Below, piece after piece: positions 10,933-21,476 of a DNA stretch of 64,000 nucleotides; the stretch's first letter is position 1; each line of letters opens with the position of its first letter. The notes under the pieces were generated by a model, which was not told where the DNA came from, made no database searches, and saw only the letters and a program-made list of their open reading frames with translations. The position numbers were made by a program, and so were the translations under genes. The stretch comes from Mobula hypostoma (taxonomy: Eukaryota), in assembly GCF_963921235.1 (NCBI RefSeq), contig NC_086124.1, positions 23,870,001 to 23,934,000 of the forward strand. The letters run 5' to 3'.

Positions 10933-13168
10933 CGCATGCAGACATTTCCTCTGTAGATAACCTGGGTTCTATTATGAGTTTACCTTCACTGTCACCAATT
11001 ACCGCAACTGGCGGACAGCTACAACAGCTTTCAAAACCCACCACCTAAGTGCAGTTCGTAAGTTGGCTCTGGAGGCGTGGGTCGAATTCAGATTGAGAAA
11101 ACAATACGGTACAAGATTGGGAAATATTCTTGATAAAAGACATGCAAACATTGTCCAAGGAAGTCGTGAGTATATGTGAGCAGTGGTTGAGTCTCTACGC
11201 TGTACTGCGTGCCAAGGCATTGCCCAGCGAGCAGACCGGGAGAATGATGGATCTGGCAATAGGGGAAACTTTGTTGAGTTGCTCAGTGTAATTGGGAGGT
11301 TTGATAAGACTGTACCTAAAAAACAGAATAGAGGACAATCCTGGAAATGCAAAAAACACCCATCACCATATCCAAAATGAAATTATGAGTATTATGGCAG
11401 ATATGGTCGGAAGTCAAATAAGTGCAGAAATCCAGGAGGCTGGATATTTTGCCAGCATGGTGGATGAAAGTAAGGACTTGAGTAAAAAGGAGCAAGTATC
11501 AGTGGTGGTGCGGTATTTGAATAAAGAAACAGTGCTTGAAGAATTCTTGAACTTCTCTCCAGCAGAAGGGTTGGACGCAGAGTCGCTTCTTAAAAGCATT
11601 GAACAGACGCTCGCCCAGTGTGTTATTGATAAGAACTCGTGTATAGGTCAGTGTTATGACGGGGCGGCAGTGATGTCCGGGTGCAATAACGGGGTACAAG
11701 AGAGGCATTATATACACACTGCCATGCTCACAGACTTAACCTTGTTTTAGTGGATGTTGTGAGCAATGTACCAGAAGCGTGTGAGTTTTTTTGAAACTGT
11801 GTAGCTGATTTACAACTTCTTTTCAAACTCTGTTGCCCACGATCTTTTCATGAAGAAACAGAGAGAATTGGAATCAACTACACAGCCCGTGGAGTTGAAG
11901 AAATTGCCAGATACACACTGGGCATGGCGGTATACAGTTTTGTGGCTATAAGGATATCACTCTCAGCCATTATAGCTGCACTACAGGATATTATGGGTCA
12001 ACCAAATGCACGGAGGAAAACGGAGGTCAGAGCTTTAAATGGACTGTTTGACGCGCAGTTTGCTTCACTTACACTCTTTTTGAGGATTTATTCCGAGTGA
12101 CTAAGTTCATGTCAGACCAGCTACAATCTCCCAGTTTGGAGCTTTCATCCGCTGTGGACTTGGCTCAGTCTGTTATCTCTACACTCTCAGCAAAACGGGG
12201 AGAGGAATCTTGAAATGAAATTCAGACAAGAGCTAGGGACCTGTGCGTCAAGGCCGGTATACAGAGCAGAGCACATGAAAGGAGACGGGCCCAGCCACAC
12301 CGCCGCCTACATCATTTTATTGTTGAGGCCCAAACTGAACGCACACCTGTCACATCCTATGATGACCTTCGTAGCCACAGTTTCTATCCAGTTATAGACA
12401 GACTTCTGACTGAAATGGAAAGACGGTTCTCAATTGACCCTGGGGTTGTTCTGACTGGAGTCTTGGCATTGACTCCCAAACATAAGTTCTTCCGAGACAA
12501 GAATTGTATTTGGCCAATGGCCCAATACTCTTGAGTGACTGAAGTGAACCTGACTGCAGAACTACATCAGGTTCGGCATCTGCTGGAAACAAAACAAAAG
12601 GAAGGACAGACAATGAATGACACAGTGGAATTTCTAGCTCTAATGAGACCCGACGGCGATGCATTTATAGATCTATACAAACTAATCTGCATATCACTGA
12701 CTCTGCCTGTTACATCTGCCTCATGCGAACGGATTTTCTTTTGCCTCAGACGCGTCGAAAACTACTTAAGGAACAGCAGCGGCGATGCTCGGAACAGCAA
12801 CTTGGCTCCGTTGACCATAAACAGCCGGAGGCACAAAGCACGTGACATCCAGAAAATCACTGATGCTTTCGCCACCAATCACAACAACAGACGGATTTTG
12901 CTTGTTTATGCTCCGTGTAACCCTGGTTGTCCTCGATGCCGTGTGACACTGTAACAGTTCACTTCTATATTAGATCTATCAATTGCTTTTACTTGTGAAT
13001 CAATAGAGGCATTTACAGTAGGCACATAATGCTTGAAACTGACTTTTTAACGCCACGCGTCTGGCCTTGCGAATACATATTACCATACAGTGCATCCCTC
13101 AGCACCATTACTGAATCATTCAGCTTCTCCGTAGCACCAGCAAGAAAAAATCTCTTGCGACGTCACTG
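10933..13168 (+). mobile_element. Dead hAT transposon (ZMYM1-like/DUF4371, Tip100-like group), 5'-truncated
   Basis: Motifs DESKDLSKKEQVSVVVRY, GQCYDGAAVMSG, HCHAHRLNLVL (frameshifted) and LPVTSASCER (dimerisation domain). Candidate 3' TIR cttgcgacgtcactg. Multiple stops and frameshifts. Confidence 0.9.
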
Positions 13169-13284
13169 ACGAGGAGCATTTGATGGGTCTGGGCCTGTAC
13201 TCACTGGAGATTTGAAGAATGAAGGGGTATCCTATGAAATATTAGAAGTCCTAGATAGAGTGGACAAGGAGAGGATGTTTCCTA

Positions 13285-14297
13285 TACCTGGGCCTTAGCA
13301 CTCAGATCTGCAACTGGATCTTCAACTTCTTCACAGACAGAACCCAGGCTGTAAAAATAGAGGACAAGCTCTCCTCTACAATCACTCTGAGCACCGGTGG
13401 CCCACAAGGCTGTGTACTCAGCACCCTGCTGTACTCACTGTTCACCCATGATTGTGTAGCCAAGATTCCATCAAACTCAATAGATAAGTTTGCTGATGAC
13501 ACAACAATTCTAGGCCGTATCTCGGGTAATGATGAGTTTGAATACAGAGAGGAAATTAAGAACCTGGTGGCATGGTGCGAAGACAATAACCTATCCCTCA
13601 ACGGCAGCAAGACGAAAGAATTGGTTGTTGAATTCGGAAGCAGTAGCGGACCGCACGACCCAATTTCCATCGGTGGTGCGCAAGTGGAACAGGTCAAAAG
13701 CTTTAAGTTCCTCGGGGTCAATATCACAAATAACCTGACTTGGTCCAACCAAGCAGAGTTCACTGCCAAGAAGGCCCACCAGCGCCTTTACTTCCTGAGA
13801 AAGCTAAAGAAATTTGGCCTGTCTCCTGGTACGGAAGTTGTCCTGTCCAAGACGAAAGAAGCTGCAGAAGATCGTGAACACGCCGCAGCGCATCACACAA
13901 ACCAATCTTCCATCCTTGGACTCACTTTACCCCGCACGTGTCGGAGCAGTGCGGCCAGGGTAACAAAGGACACGACCCACCCAGCCAACATACTTTTTTC
14001 GTCCCTCTTCCTTCCGGGAGAAGGCGCAGGAGCTTGAAGACTCGTGCGGCCAGATTTGGGAACAGCTTCTTTCCAACTGTGATGAGACTGCTGAACAGAT
14101 CCTGACCCGGATCTGGGCCAGACCCTCCAAATATCCGGACCTGCTTCTCGGTTTTTTTGCACTAACTTACGTCCCATTTTTCTACTTTCTATTTATGATT
14201 TATAATTTATTTTTTTAATATTTACTCATTTTAACTATTTTTACGATATTAAATATTTAATATTTGTGATCCAGGGAGTGTGAAGCGCAGAATCAAA
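13285..14297 (+). mobile_element. Rex1/Babar LINE 3' half
   Basis: ORF 13567..14037: [15 protein letters not shown]...[19 protein letters not shown], followed by 3' UTR. Confidence 0.85.
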
Positions 14298-14750
14298 AGG
14301 AAAATGTGTCTTTACTGTTTGGCCGTTATCAGTGGTAGCGGTGGACGTTTACCATCTGTCGACCTCTGGGCTATGGGCCCTGCGCACTACTGAGTATGTT
14401 TGAAGCAGAGATCGATAGGTTCTTGATTGGAAAGAACATCAAAGGTTACGGGGAGAAGTCAGGAGACTGGGGTTCAGCGAGACAATGAATCTGTCACGAT
14501 GGAATCGCTGAGTAGACTTGATGAGTCAAATGGCCCAATTCTGCTCTTAGCGTTATGGTTTTATGGTATCTAAGCTGTCTGACTTGATTCTCACAATTGA
14601 CAGCAGAGAGGATGAGAGAGATCTTGAGCAGTTGGGACTTGCTTCTGGACAGAAACGGGCCACGATGGATTCTGTGTCAAGTTGACATCAGTGGGAATAC
14701 GGTGGTGTTGACGGTGTCAGGCGACATTTCTCCATCTTGCCCGTTCTTAC

Positions 14751-15020
14751 CTAGAGGTATCATGAGCTTCCCACTGACAGCCTCGTGTTCCATCTGACAG
14801 ACGTGCCCCTGGCTGTCTCCATCTCGGGGGCGGACACTCCTAACTGGAAAGGTTCCATTGCTTTGAGGGACAACGTTGGTCGTGTCTGATCCATTGTCAG
14901 CGACTTCCCCGTTTCTGACCCAGTGCAGTTTAATGTCCCGGGAGAAGAAGTTCTTGGCCGTGCACACCAGATACATTTCGCCTCGTTTCTTCTGTGTCAA
15001 GGCTCTTGTTTGGGTAGGAG
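14751..15020 (-). CDS. Ig C1-set exon (MHC class I alpha3-like), copy 1
   Basis: Acceptor ttccttcacag and donor G|gtaaga; 270 nt, phase 1-1, open frame. LVCTAKNFFSRDIKLHWVRNG...PQSNGTF...HVCQMEH has both Cys and the core Trp. Confidence 0.8.
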
Positions 15021-15199
15021 CTGTGAAGGAATTGGATAACAGTGTATGGGTTCATAGTAGCTTAGCTCTCTTGTGACTGGACGGTATGGACAGAACTTCA
15101 CCCTGTATCTGAAACCGCGAGTATGTGATAGCATAGTGTAGAGGGGGCCTCACTCTGTGTCTGACCCCAGGCGTGGTAGATTGTGAGACCAATAGTCCA

Positions 15200-15510
15200 T
15201 CTTATCATACGGCAGAACCACTTAATACTTTTATAACAGCGGGGAGAAGCTGTCCTTAAGCCTGGTGGGATGTCCTTTCATGCTTTTGTATCTTCTGCCT
15301 GACAGGAGAGGGGAGAAGTGAGAATCTCCAGGGGTGCGTGGGATCTCTCATCATTCTGGCTGCTGTACTCAGGCAGCGAGATGTCTATTGCGGGGAAGCT
15401 GGTTTTTGTGATGTGCTGAGATGTGTCCATGGCTCTCGGCTGTCTCTTGTGGTCACGGGCAGAGCAGGTGCCGCAGTGAGCGCCGATGGATCTGGAGAGC
15501 GAGCAGAGCG
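15200..15510 (-). mobile_element. Degenerate Rex1-type LINE 3' fragment
   Basis: Minus strand reads CSARDHKRQPRAMDTSQHITKTSFPAID...RDPTHP. Paralogs near 39840-40130 and 61670-61950. Confidence 0.6.
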
Positions 15511-15899
15511 CAAGTTCTGACCGGCTGATCCGCTATACTGCCGGGAACTCTACACCTCTGGCCCGTACCACTGAACGGACCGAGCGTGGGCGACACCTCA
15601 CACATACACAGACAATCAAATATTAAACTCCACCCTTCAAAGCCGCCAAGATCTTATATAAGACAATATGATTTAAATAATTAATTTCTGGTTATACGAT
15701 TCTATGTGCAAACAAATCTCAAGATTCTATAATTCATACGTTCTTTGACAATAAATGCATTTAGAAACTTGAAATGCAGAAGTACGTGAATTATATACGT
15801 CATCACGCGATCATATGTTACGTGTGGGCCTCGCTTGAAGTTAGACCCACATCCTTTTGAATTAGTTTAATTAGTTGTGATACAAAGTATAACATCTCA

Positions 15900-16135
15900 G
15901 TCTCCCTCTCTTCTTCCCCCTACCCTCTCCTCCGCCTCCCCCTCCCCTCCCCTCTCTCATCCCCCTCTCCTCCTCGCTCCTCTCCCCTTTCCCCTCTCCC
16001 CCTCCCCTCCCCCTCTCCCTCTCCCTGCCCTTGCTCTCTCTGTCTACCCGCTCTCCCTTTCCACCACCTTGCTCTCTACCCTCTCTCTCAGTCTCTCTCT
16101 CTCCCCTCCTCTCTTTCTCTCTCCTCCATCTTTCC
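15900..16135. repeat. Polypyrimidine (C/T) low-complexity tract
   Basis: About 235 nt, almost only C/T. Paralogs at 40468-40705 and 62355-62595. Explains the Pro/Ser/Leu-rich ORF 15877..16149. Confidence 0.9.
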
Positions 16136-17334
16136 TTCTGGTTGAATGACAGTAAACTTGAACTAGATCAAATAGAACGATGGCCTCTATTGTGAGGGAC
16201 TTGGCATATGGAAGCACAGATGAATATTTATAAGGATGTAGGTAAGACCATGCCTGGTGTACTGTGTACAGTTCTGACCTTAGTCCTTAATGCAGAATAC
16301 GTTTGCAGGGTGAGTTCTGGAGATGAAGGGATTGAAATATAAGGGAAGGTATGAACAGGTCGGGTCTACACTTGAGAGAGAGAGAGAAAGACATCAAGGT
16401 TGTGCGTACTGTCATCTGTGTAGGTGCAATGAAAGCCATAGAACATATAACATAGCACAGGCCATTTGGCCCACAACCTTTTAATTTCCTCCAAGATCCA
16501 ACGAACCCTCCCCACCTACATAGCCCTCTATTTTTTCTATCATCCATCCGCCTATCTGAGTCTCTTAAATGCCCCTAATGTATCTGCCTCTACCAACCCT
16601 GGCAGGGCGCTTTGTGCACGTGCCACTCTGTGTAAAGAACTTGCGTCTGAAAAGCCCTTATCCTTTCCTCCAATCAGCTTAAAATTATGCCAATCTTATT
16701 CAGTTCTGCTCTGGGAAAAGTCTCTGCCTGTCCACTCGATCTATGCCTCTCAACCTCGTTCACTCTGAAGAGAAAATCCCCAGCTCGCTTAACTTATCCT
16801 CATTACACATGTCTCCTAGTCAAGGTAGCATCCTGCTGAATCTCCTCTGCACCCTCTCCTTCCACATCCTTCCTATAATGAGGTGACCAAAGCTGAATAC
16901 ACGTCGAAGAGGACCACAAGCTTGTCGTACGGCTTAGAGAAGTATATTGGCTGGAATCCTGGCTTTACGCTTTGGCTCTTGGTAGGGTCAGCCGTGTCAT
17001 ACAGGTCAAAGGGTAGAGGCCAGATTAAGAGTGGTTCACCAGTTCTCCAGGTTGAGGGGATTCAGCTCAGGACAATCAACCTGACTCGTCAAACAAAATT
17101 GTTATGCAAACAGCAACGAAGAATCCTCCCACATCTGAGTGTGACAGTATCCCTAAGGATTTGCATGACTGACAACAGTGAAAACTGTGTCAAATCAAAT
17201 CATCAACAAGTGGGCTGGGCGCTGCCCGTAAACGTCACCACACTGCCGGTGCCAGCATAACGTGAGCATGACTCACTAACCCTAACCTGTACGTCATTGG
17301 AATGTGAGAGGAATCTGGAGCACCCGGAGGAAAC

Positions 17335-17935
17335 AACACCCAGAGGTGATATTGAGGCTCTATGAGGCACTCATGAGACCACACTTGGAGTATTGCGGGC
17401 AGTTTTGGGCTCCTTATTATAGAAAGGATATACTGACATTGTAGAGGGTTCAGAGAAGATTCACGAGAATGATTCCAGGAATGAAAGGGTTACTATATGA
17501 GGAACGTCTGACAGCTCTTGGGCTGTATTCCCTGGAGTTCAGCAGAATAAGGGGGGTTCTCATAGAAACATTTCGAATGTTAAAAGGCCTGAACAGATTA
17601 GATATGGCAAAATTATTTCCCGTGGTAGGGGATGCTAGGAAAAGAGGGGAAGACTTCAGGATTGAAAGACGTCCATTTAGAACCGAGATGCGGGAAAATT
17701 ACTTTAGTCAGAGTGTTGTAAATCTGTGGAATTTGTTGCAACGAGCAGCTGTGGAGGCCAAGTCACTGGGTACATTTAAGCCAGCGAAAGATCGGTTCCT
17801 GTTTAGCCAGGCATCAAAGGGTATGGGGAGAAGGCAGGGAAGTGGGGATGACTGGTAGAATTGCATCAGCCTATGATAGAATAGCAGAGCAGACTCGATG
17901 GGCCGAATGGCCTACTTCTGTTCCTATACCTTATG
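17335..17935 (+). mobile_element. CR1 LINE 3' fragment
   Basis: ORF 17469..17858: MIPGMKGLLYEERL...LGLYSLEF...VVNLWNLL. Confidence 0.85.
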
Positions 17936-17944
17936 GTCTTATGG

Positions 17945-18062
17945 TCACGGGGAGAACATTCGAAGTCAGACATCAAAAATACAGACATCAGTGGAAATCG
18001 AACCCCGATCAATAATCACTGGCACTATAGAGCAATTGTGCTATCTGCTACGATATCGTGCA
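17945..18062 (-). mobile_element. tRNA-derived SINE head (degenerate)
   Basis: Minus strand has A-box-like gtagcagatagc and B-box-like ggggttcgattcc/ggttcgatttcc. Paralog ~42525-42640. Confidence 0.5.
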
Positions 18063-18134
18063 GTCCCTGATGATGTTAATTAGACAGTTTAGATTAACCT
18101 TTGTTTGTAATGTACACTTCTGCTGCTGAAAAAT

Positions 18135-18480
18135 ATTGATTTTGATGGTATTTATCTTGATTGAGGCCCTCTGCTGGTCTAGGTTGACCACGGCGTCCTT
18201 GCTGTCTACATGATACGCAAGATGGTACACAACTCAGAGCAGGACGATACGGTGAGCAAGCCGTTGCCGACACAACAGGCTCTCCCCTCTCCATGCTGCT
18301 GATGAAGCCAAAGGAATGCCAGAGACCGATACAGTTTGGCACCAGCGGCTTCGCAGTAGTTGTTGGTCAGTGTTGTACTCAACGTTCGACTGCCTTATCC
18401 GGCTCTGGATTTTTCCCTCGGGGTTCACTCCCAAAGCCTTCACCATGGAAGGCAGCGGGGGTTTGAGATCAGACTTTTCC
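18135..18480 (-). mobile_element. Highly degenerate L1/Tx1-type RT fragment
   Basis: Mixed frames give TLTNNY..., ACCVGN and RLAHRIVLLxVVYHLAYHVDSKDAVVNLDQQRA, resembling the L1/Tx1 SLDQEKAFD region. Paralog ~42720-43060. Confidence 0.4.
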
Positions 18481-20322
18481 TTCTCTTCGATGGAATGCTG
18501 ACCACAGCTGATGAGCCCCATCTGCCTGAAGCTGTTGGTTTTAAGGGACCAATAACCCACCTTTGCCCTTTCCCCTGTGCTGGTCTTAATAGCTAACCCA
18601 CATGTGAAGTTCCAGGAGCTGGACTTGGATGTCAGAGGCTATTTGAGCTGTGCACCATTGAGAGCTCATTCCCACTACCTTCCCAGGCTTTAACAACCTT
18701 AAGGAATTGGTAGTTAGAAGCTGTTCATCTGTTCCCATGACAATAAACTTGAACAAGAGAGAATAAACAGCAGAGGGCGCTATTGCGCAATGCTTACTCC
18801 AGACATCTGTAAGGAATGGCAGATGAAGTTCAATTCAAATAAATGCAAGGTGTTACATTTTCATGGATCAAACCAAGACAGGGCATACACAGTGAACAGG
18901 CAAGTCCTGGTTAGTGTTGTAGACACTGTTCCCTCTCACCTGTATGGGTGTGCGACCATGCAGTAACTGAAATGGTCCCGCGCACATCGCCGTTGCTACT
19001 GCGCTGCTGAAATTCTCTTTTATATCATGTTAATATAATTTTGAAATATTGGCATCATTTTGAAATGATGCCAATATAATGTTGGAATCTATGTTGATAT
19101 AATTGAGAAAAACCCTGTAATTAATTATGTAAATGAATAGAGTTTATTAATTTTCTAAATAGTAAACATACCACATACTTTGAAACATTTTAGAGTTTCA
19201 ATGCATTTACATTGTCAATGTTACAAGTTACAACACTGTTACAAATTGTAACAATGAACACAGTCGGCAGTTCATTGTTAATAAACTGCCGGCCTGCTGA
19301 AAGTTGATGCTGTAATATTCATATTAAAAAAAAATTTAAAATTCCAGGCAGTTTTCAGAGCAATGGTTAGTCCACACAGTGGTAAAAAGAATTAGAGGGA
19401 AAGTCGGTTGTAGAACAGAGAGACCAGGGTGTGTTGGTACATAAAACCTTAAAGTGCCGACATGGACAGGGAGGCAAAGAAGGTGTTTGTACACTTGGCC
19501 GTCATCGGAAGGGCACTGAATACAGGAGTTGGGATGTCACGTTGTTGCTGTACAAAGACTTCAAAACAAAGTAACAAACTACGTATACTGTAGTGGGCTG
19601 GGTTGATCAGACCGAAACTAATCGAGTGTCCGGCAAATGTAATAAGTAAACAGGCCCGACAAAGGAACTTAAGCCCAATTTATTATCACAAAAATAGAAA
19701 GGGACACAAAATACTCCGTACCAAGTCACAAAGGTTCCAGTGCTCACAATTCTTAGTGACCAGTTGATTGTTGTTGGGAGAACTGCGAACTCCAACTCGC
19801 TCGTGAAATCATCATGGGTCGTAGGCATCGATCGTGGTTTACAGTCTAAAGAATCCAGGGAAAAGTGTTCCAGTAAATAGGAGATCCACAGACGCAGAGA
19901 GAGATACACAGAGACAGACAGATGCCTTGATCTTTTGCCTTCCTGCCATTAACCCAGCCTGGATTCCTTCATTCATTAACACAGTGTTCAGCAGACCCTT
20001 AACACAGAACATAGAACTTAGAATAGTACAGCACAGTACAGGCCCTTCGGCCCACAATGTTCTGCGACCCTCAAACCCTCCTCCTATATAAGCCCCCACC
20101 TTAAATTTCTCCATATACCGTAACTAATCAGTTGAACACTGTAATGGTCAGTCTTTATCCATCAGTCCACCAATGTTTAGGACTTAAATTTCATTGAAAT
20201 TACAGACGATCAGTGTATCTTAAATGCCCTGCCTCTTCCCACTTTGAATACCCTGCCCTAAATACCCTATATACCTTTACGTGCCTAAATGCCTCTAAAT
20301 GCCTAACTGCCCTGCTTTTCAT

Positions 20323-20328
20323 ATCATC

Positions 20329-20386
<58 letters not shown>
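20323..20386. repeat. (CAT)n microsatellite, about 21 units with one CAC interruption
   Basis: Read directly. The paralog at 45731-45770 has about 13 units. Confidence 0.95.
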
Positions 20387-21476
20387 GTCCGATGAGCACT
20401 GATCCCAGACTCTCGTTTTGTGGCCACTGTCCACGGCTCCCTGGGTAACTGAGCCAGTTCCTCCAGCCAAGATTGTGCCGAGCTTCAATCTCTATCGAGG
20501 TCGTGACTCAGACTGAAGTTAATTTTTTTAGGTTCGTATCAATGTTTTTGGTGACAGAGGGAGGTTTTACTGGTCAGGTTAGGATTTAGCGACAGGAATG
20601 TGGGGCAATTAGAGGTCAGGCCAGATCTGGGGCTTTACTCCACCAGCGAAGGCCACCGATGACGTGAATGAATGACTTTCATGGATGGGCGACCAGTTGG
20701 CAAACATGCAGGACAAAGACTAGCTGGTTCTCCTCCACACCCTGGGTCAGTCAGTTCGCTGTAGAAGCAGTGGGATTGGAGGTCGAGGAGGGCAGGATGG
20801 ATGAGGGCTGGTGACCCCTTAGCTACTCCAGTTGGCATGTCTGGAGTTCGGGTCTAAAGCCGTCGATGAGGCCGTAGTTTGAGGACTGGAGTACAGGGTC
20901 CCATCATCATTGTGCCCTGTGGTAAAGGACTGAAGGTCGATCGCGAGTCTAGAAATTAAGACCCGATGGCCTCCGACACTGGGTCACAACAGACGCAGCC
21001 AGCCGGCCTTTCCTGGGTTTGGAGGACGGTCTGTGTGTGCGCGCCTGCGTGGCGGGTCAGCGGGTGAGAGGAAGGTACAAGGTTTCTTTTGCTGTTGTTC
21101 TGCTGAACGTGGTGGGCAAGCTACGTGGGCGTCAGAATGTGTGGCAACACTGGCGGGCTGCACCCAACACAGCCTGTTGGTTGTTTCGATACACACACAC
21201 CTTATATCAATCAGTCTGAATCTGGGGCCGTGGGACCCATTCTGGAGCGAGCTGAGATTAAGCTCTCAGAAGCCACTCTTGGAGTCTTCGGGAATTGCTA
21301 CGCTGTGGGAGAAGGTAGCGATGATTTGAAGGCGCAGCGTGGGAATGGCACTGCCGAGGGTCCTCCACACCGAGGGGGTTGGGGAATGGTACCGAGGGGT
21401 TGCGGCACCGTGAGATGGGCGGGAAATGTGGCACTGCTGAGCTCCGTCAGGATGGCCACACTGATGCAATCTTCCA

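Noticed and set aside
14246-14263. 18-bp perfect palindrome ATATTAAATATTTAATAT (also 38524-38541)
   Set aside because: A/T-only sequence inside the Rex1 3' UTR, broken in unit 3. No evidence of function.
14560-14660. Possible exon just downstream of the C1 donor (EASPNCSRSLSSSLLSIVRIK... or LLKISLILSAVN, TCR-TM-like)
   Set aside because: The in-phase frame is not hydrophobic enough for a TM, and the TCR-like peptide is in the wrong phase. A better TM exon exists at 9994-10107.
15401-15409. Perfect RSS nonamer (GGTTTTTGT) near the Ig exon, also in units 2 and 3
   Set aside because: No heptamer at 12- or 23-nt spacing. It lies inside a degenerate Rex1 coding fragment (ITKTS codons).
15877-16149. 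Pro/Ser/Leu-rich ORF
   Set aside because: Low-complexity C/T tract with no coding evidence.
18099-18377. 279-nt AG...GT interval upstream of the C1 exon, the size of an MHC alpha2 exon
   Set aside because: Early stop codon, no alpha2 motifs in a single frame, and a frameshift in unit 2. Better explained as a degenerate L1/Tx1 RT fragment.
19607-19909. ORF with V-domain-like ending (WSLRIVSTG...GVFC)
   Set aside because: No first Cys/Trp and no DxGxYxC motif. It is disrupted by the CR1 insertion in unit 2 and looks like an LTR-type repeat end.
20200-20427. Poly-Asp and poly-Ser ORFs
   Set aside because: Translation artefacts of the (CAT)n microsatellite.
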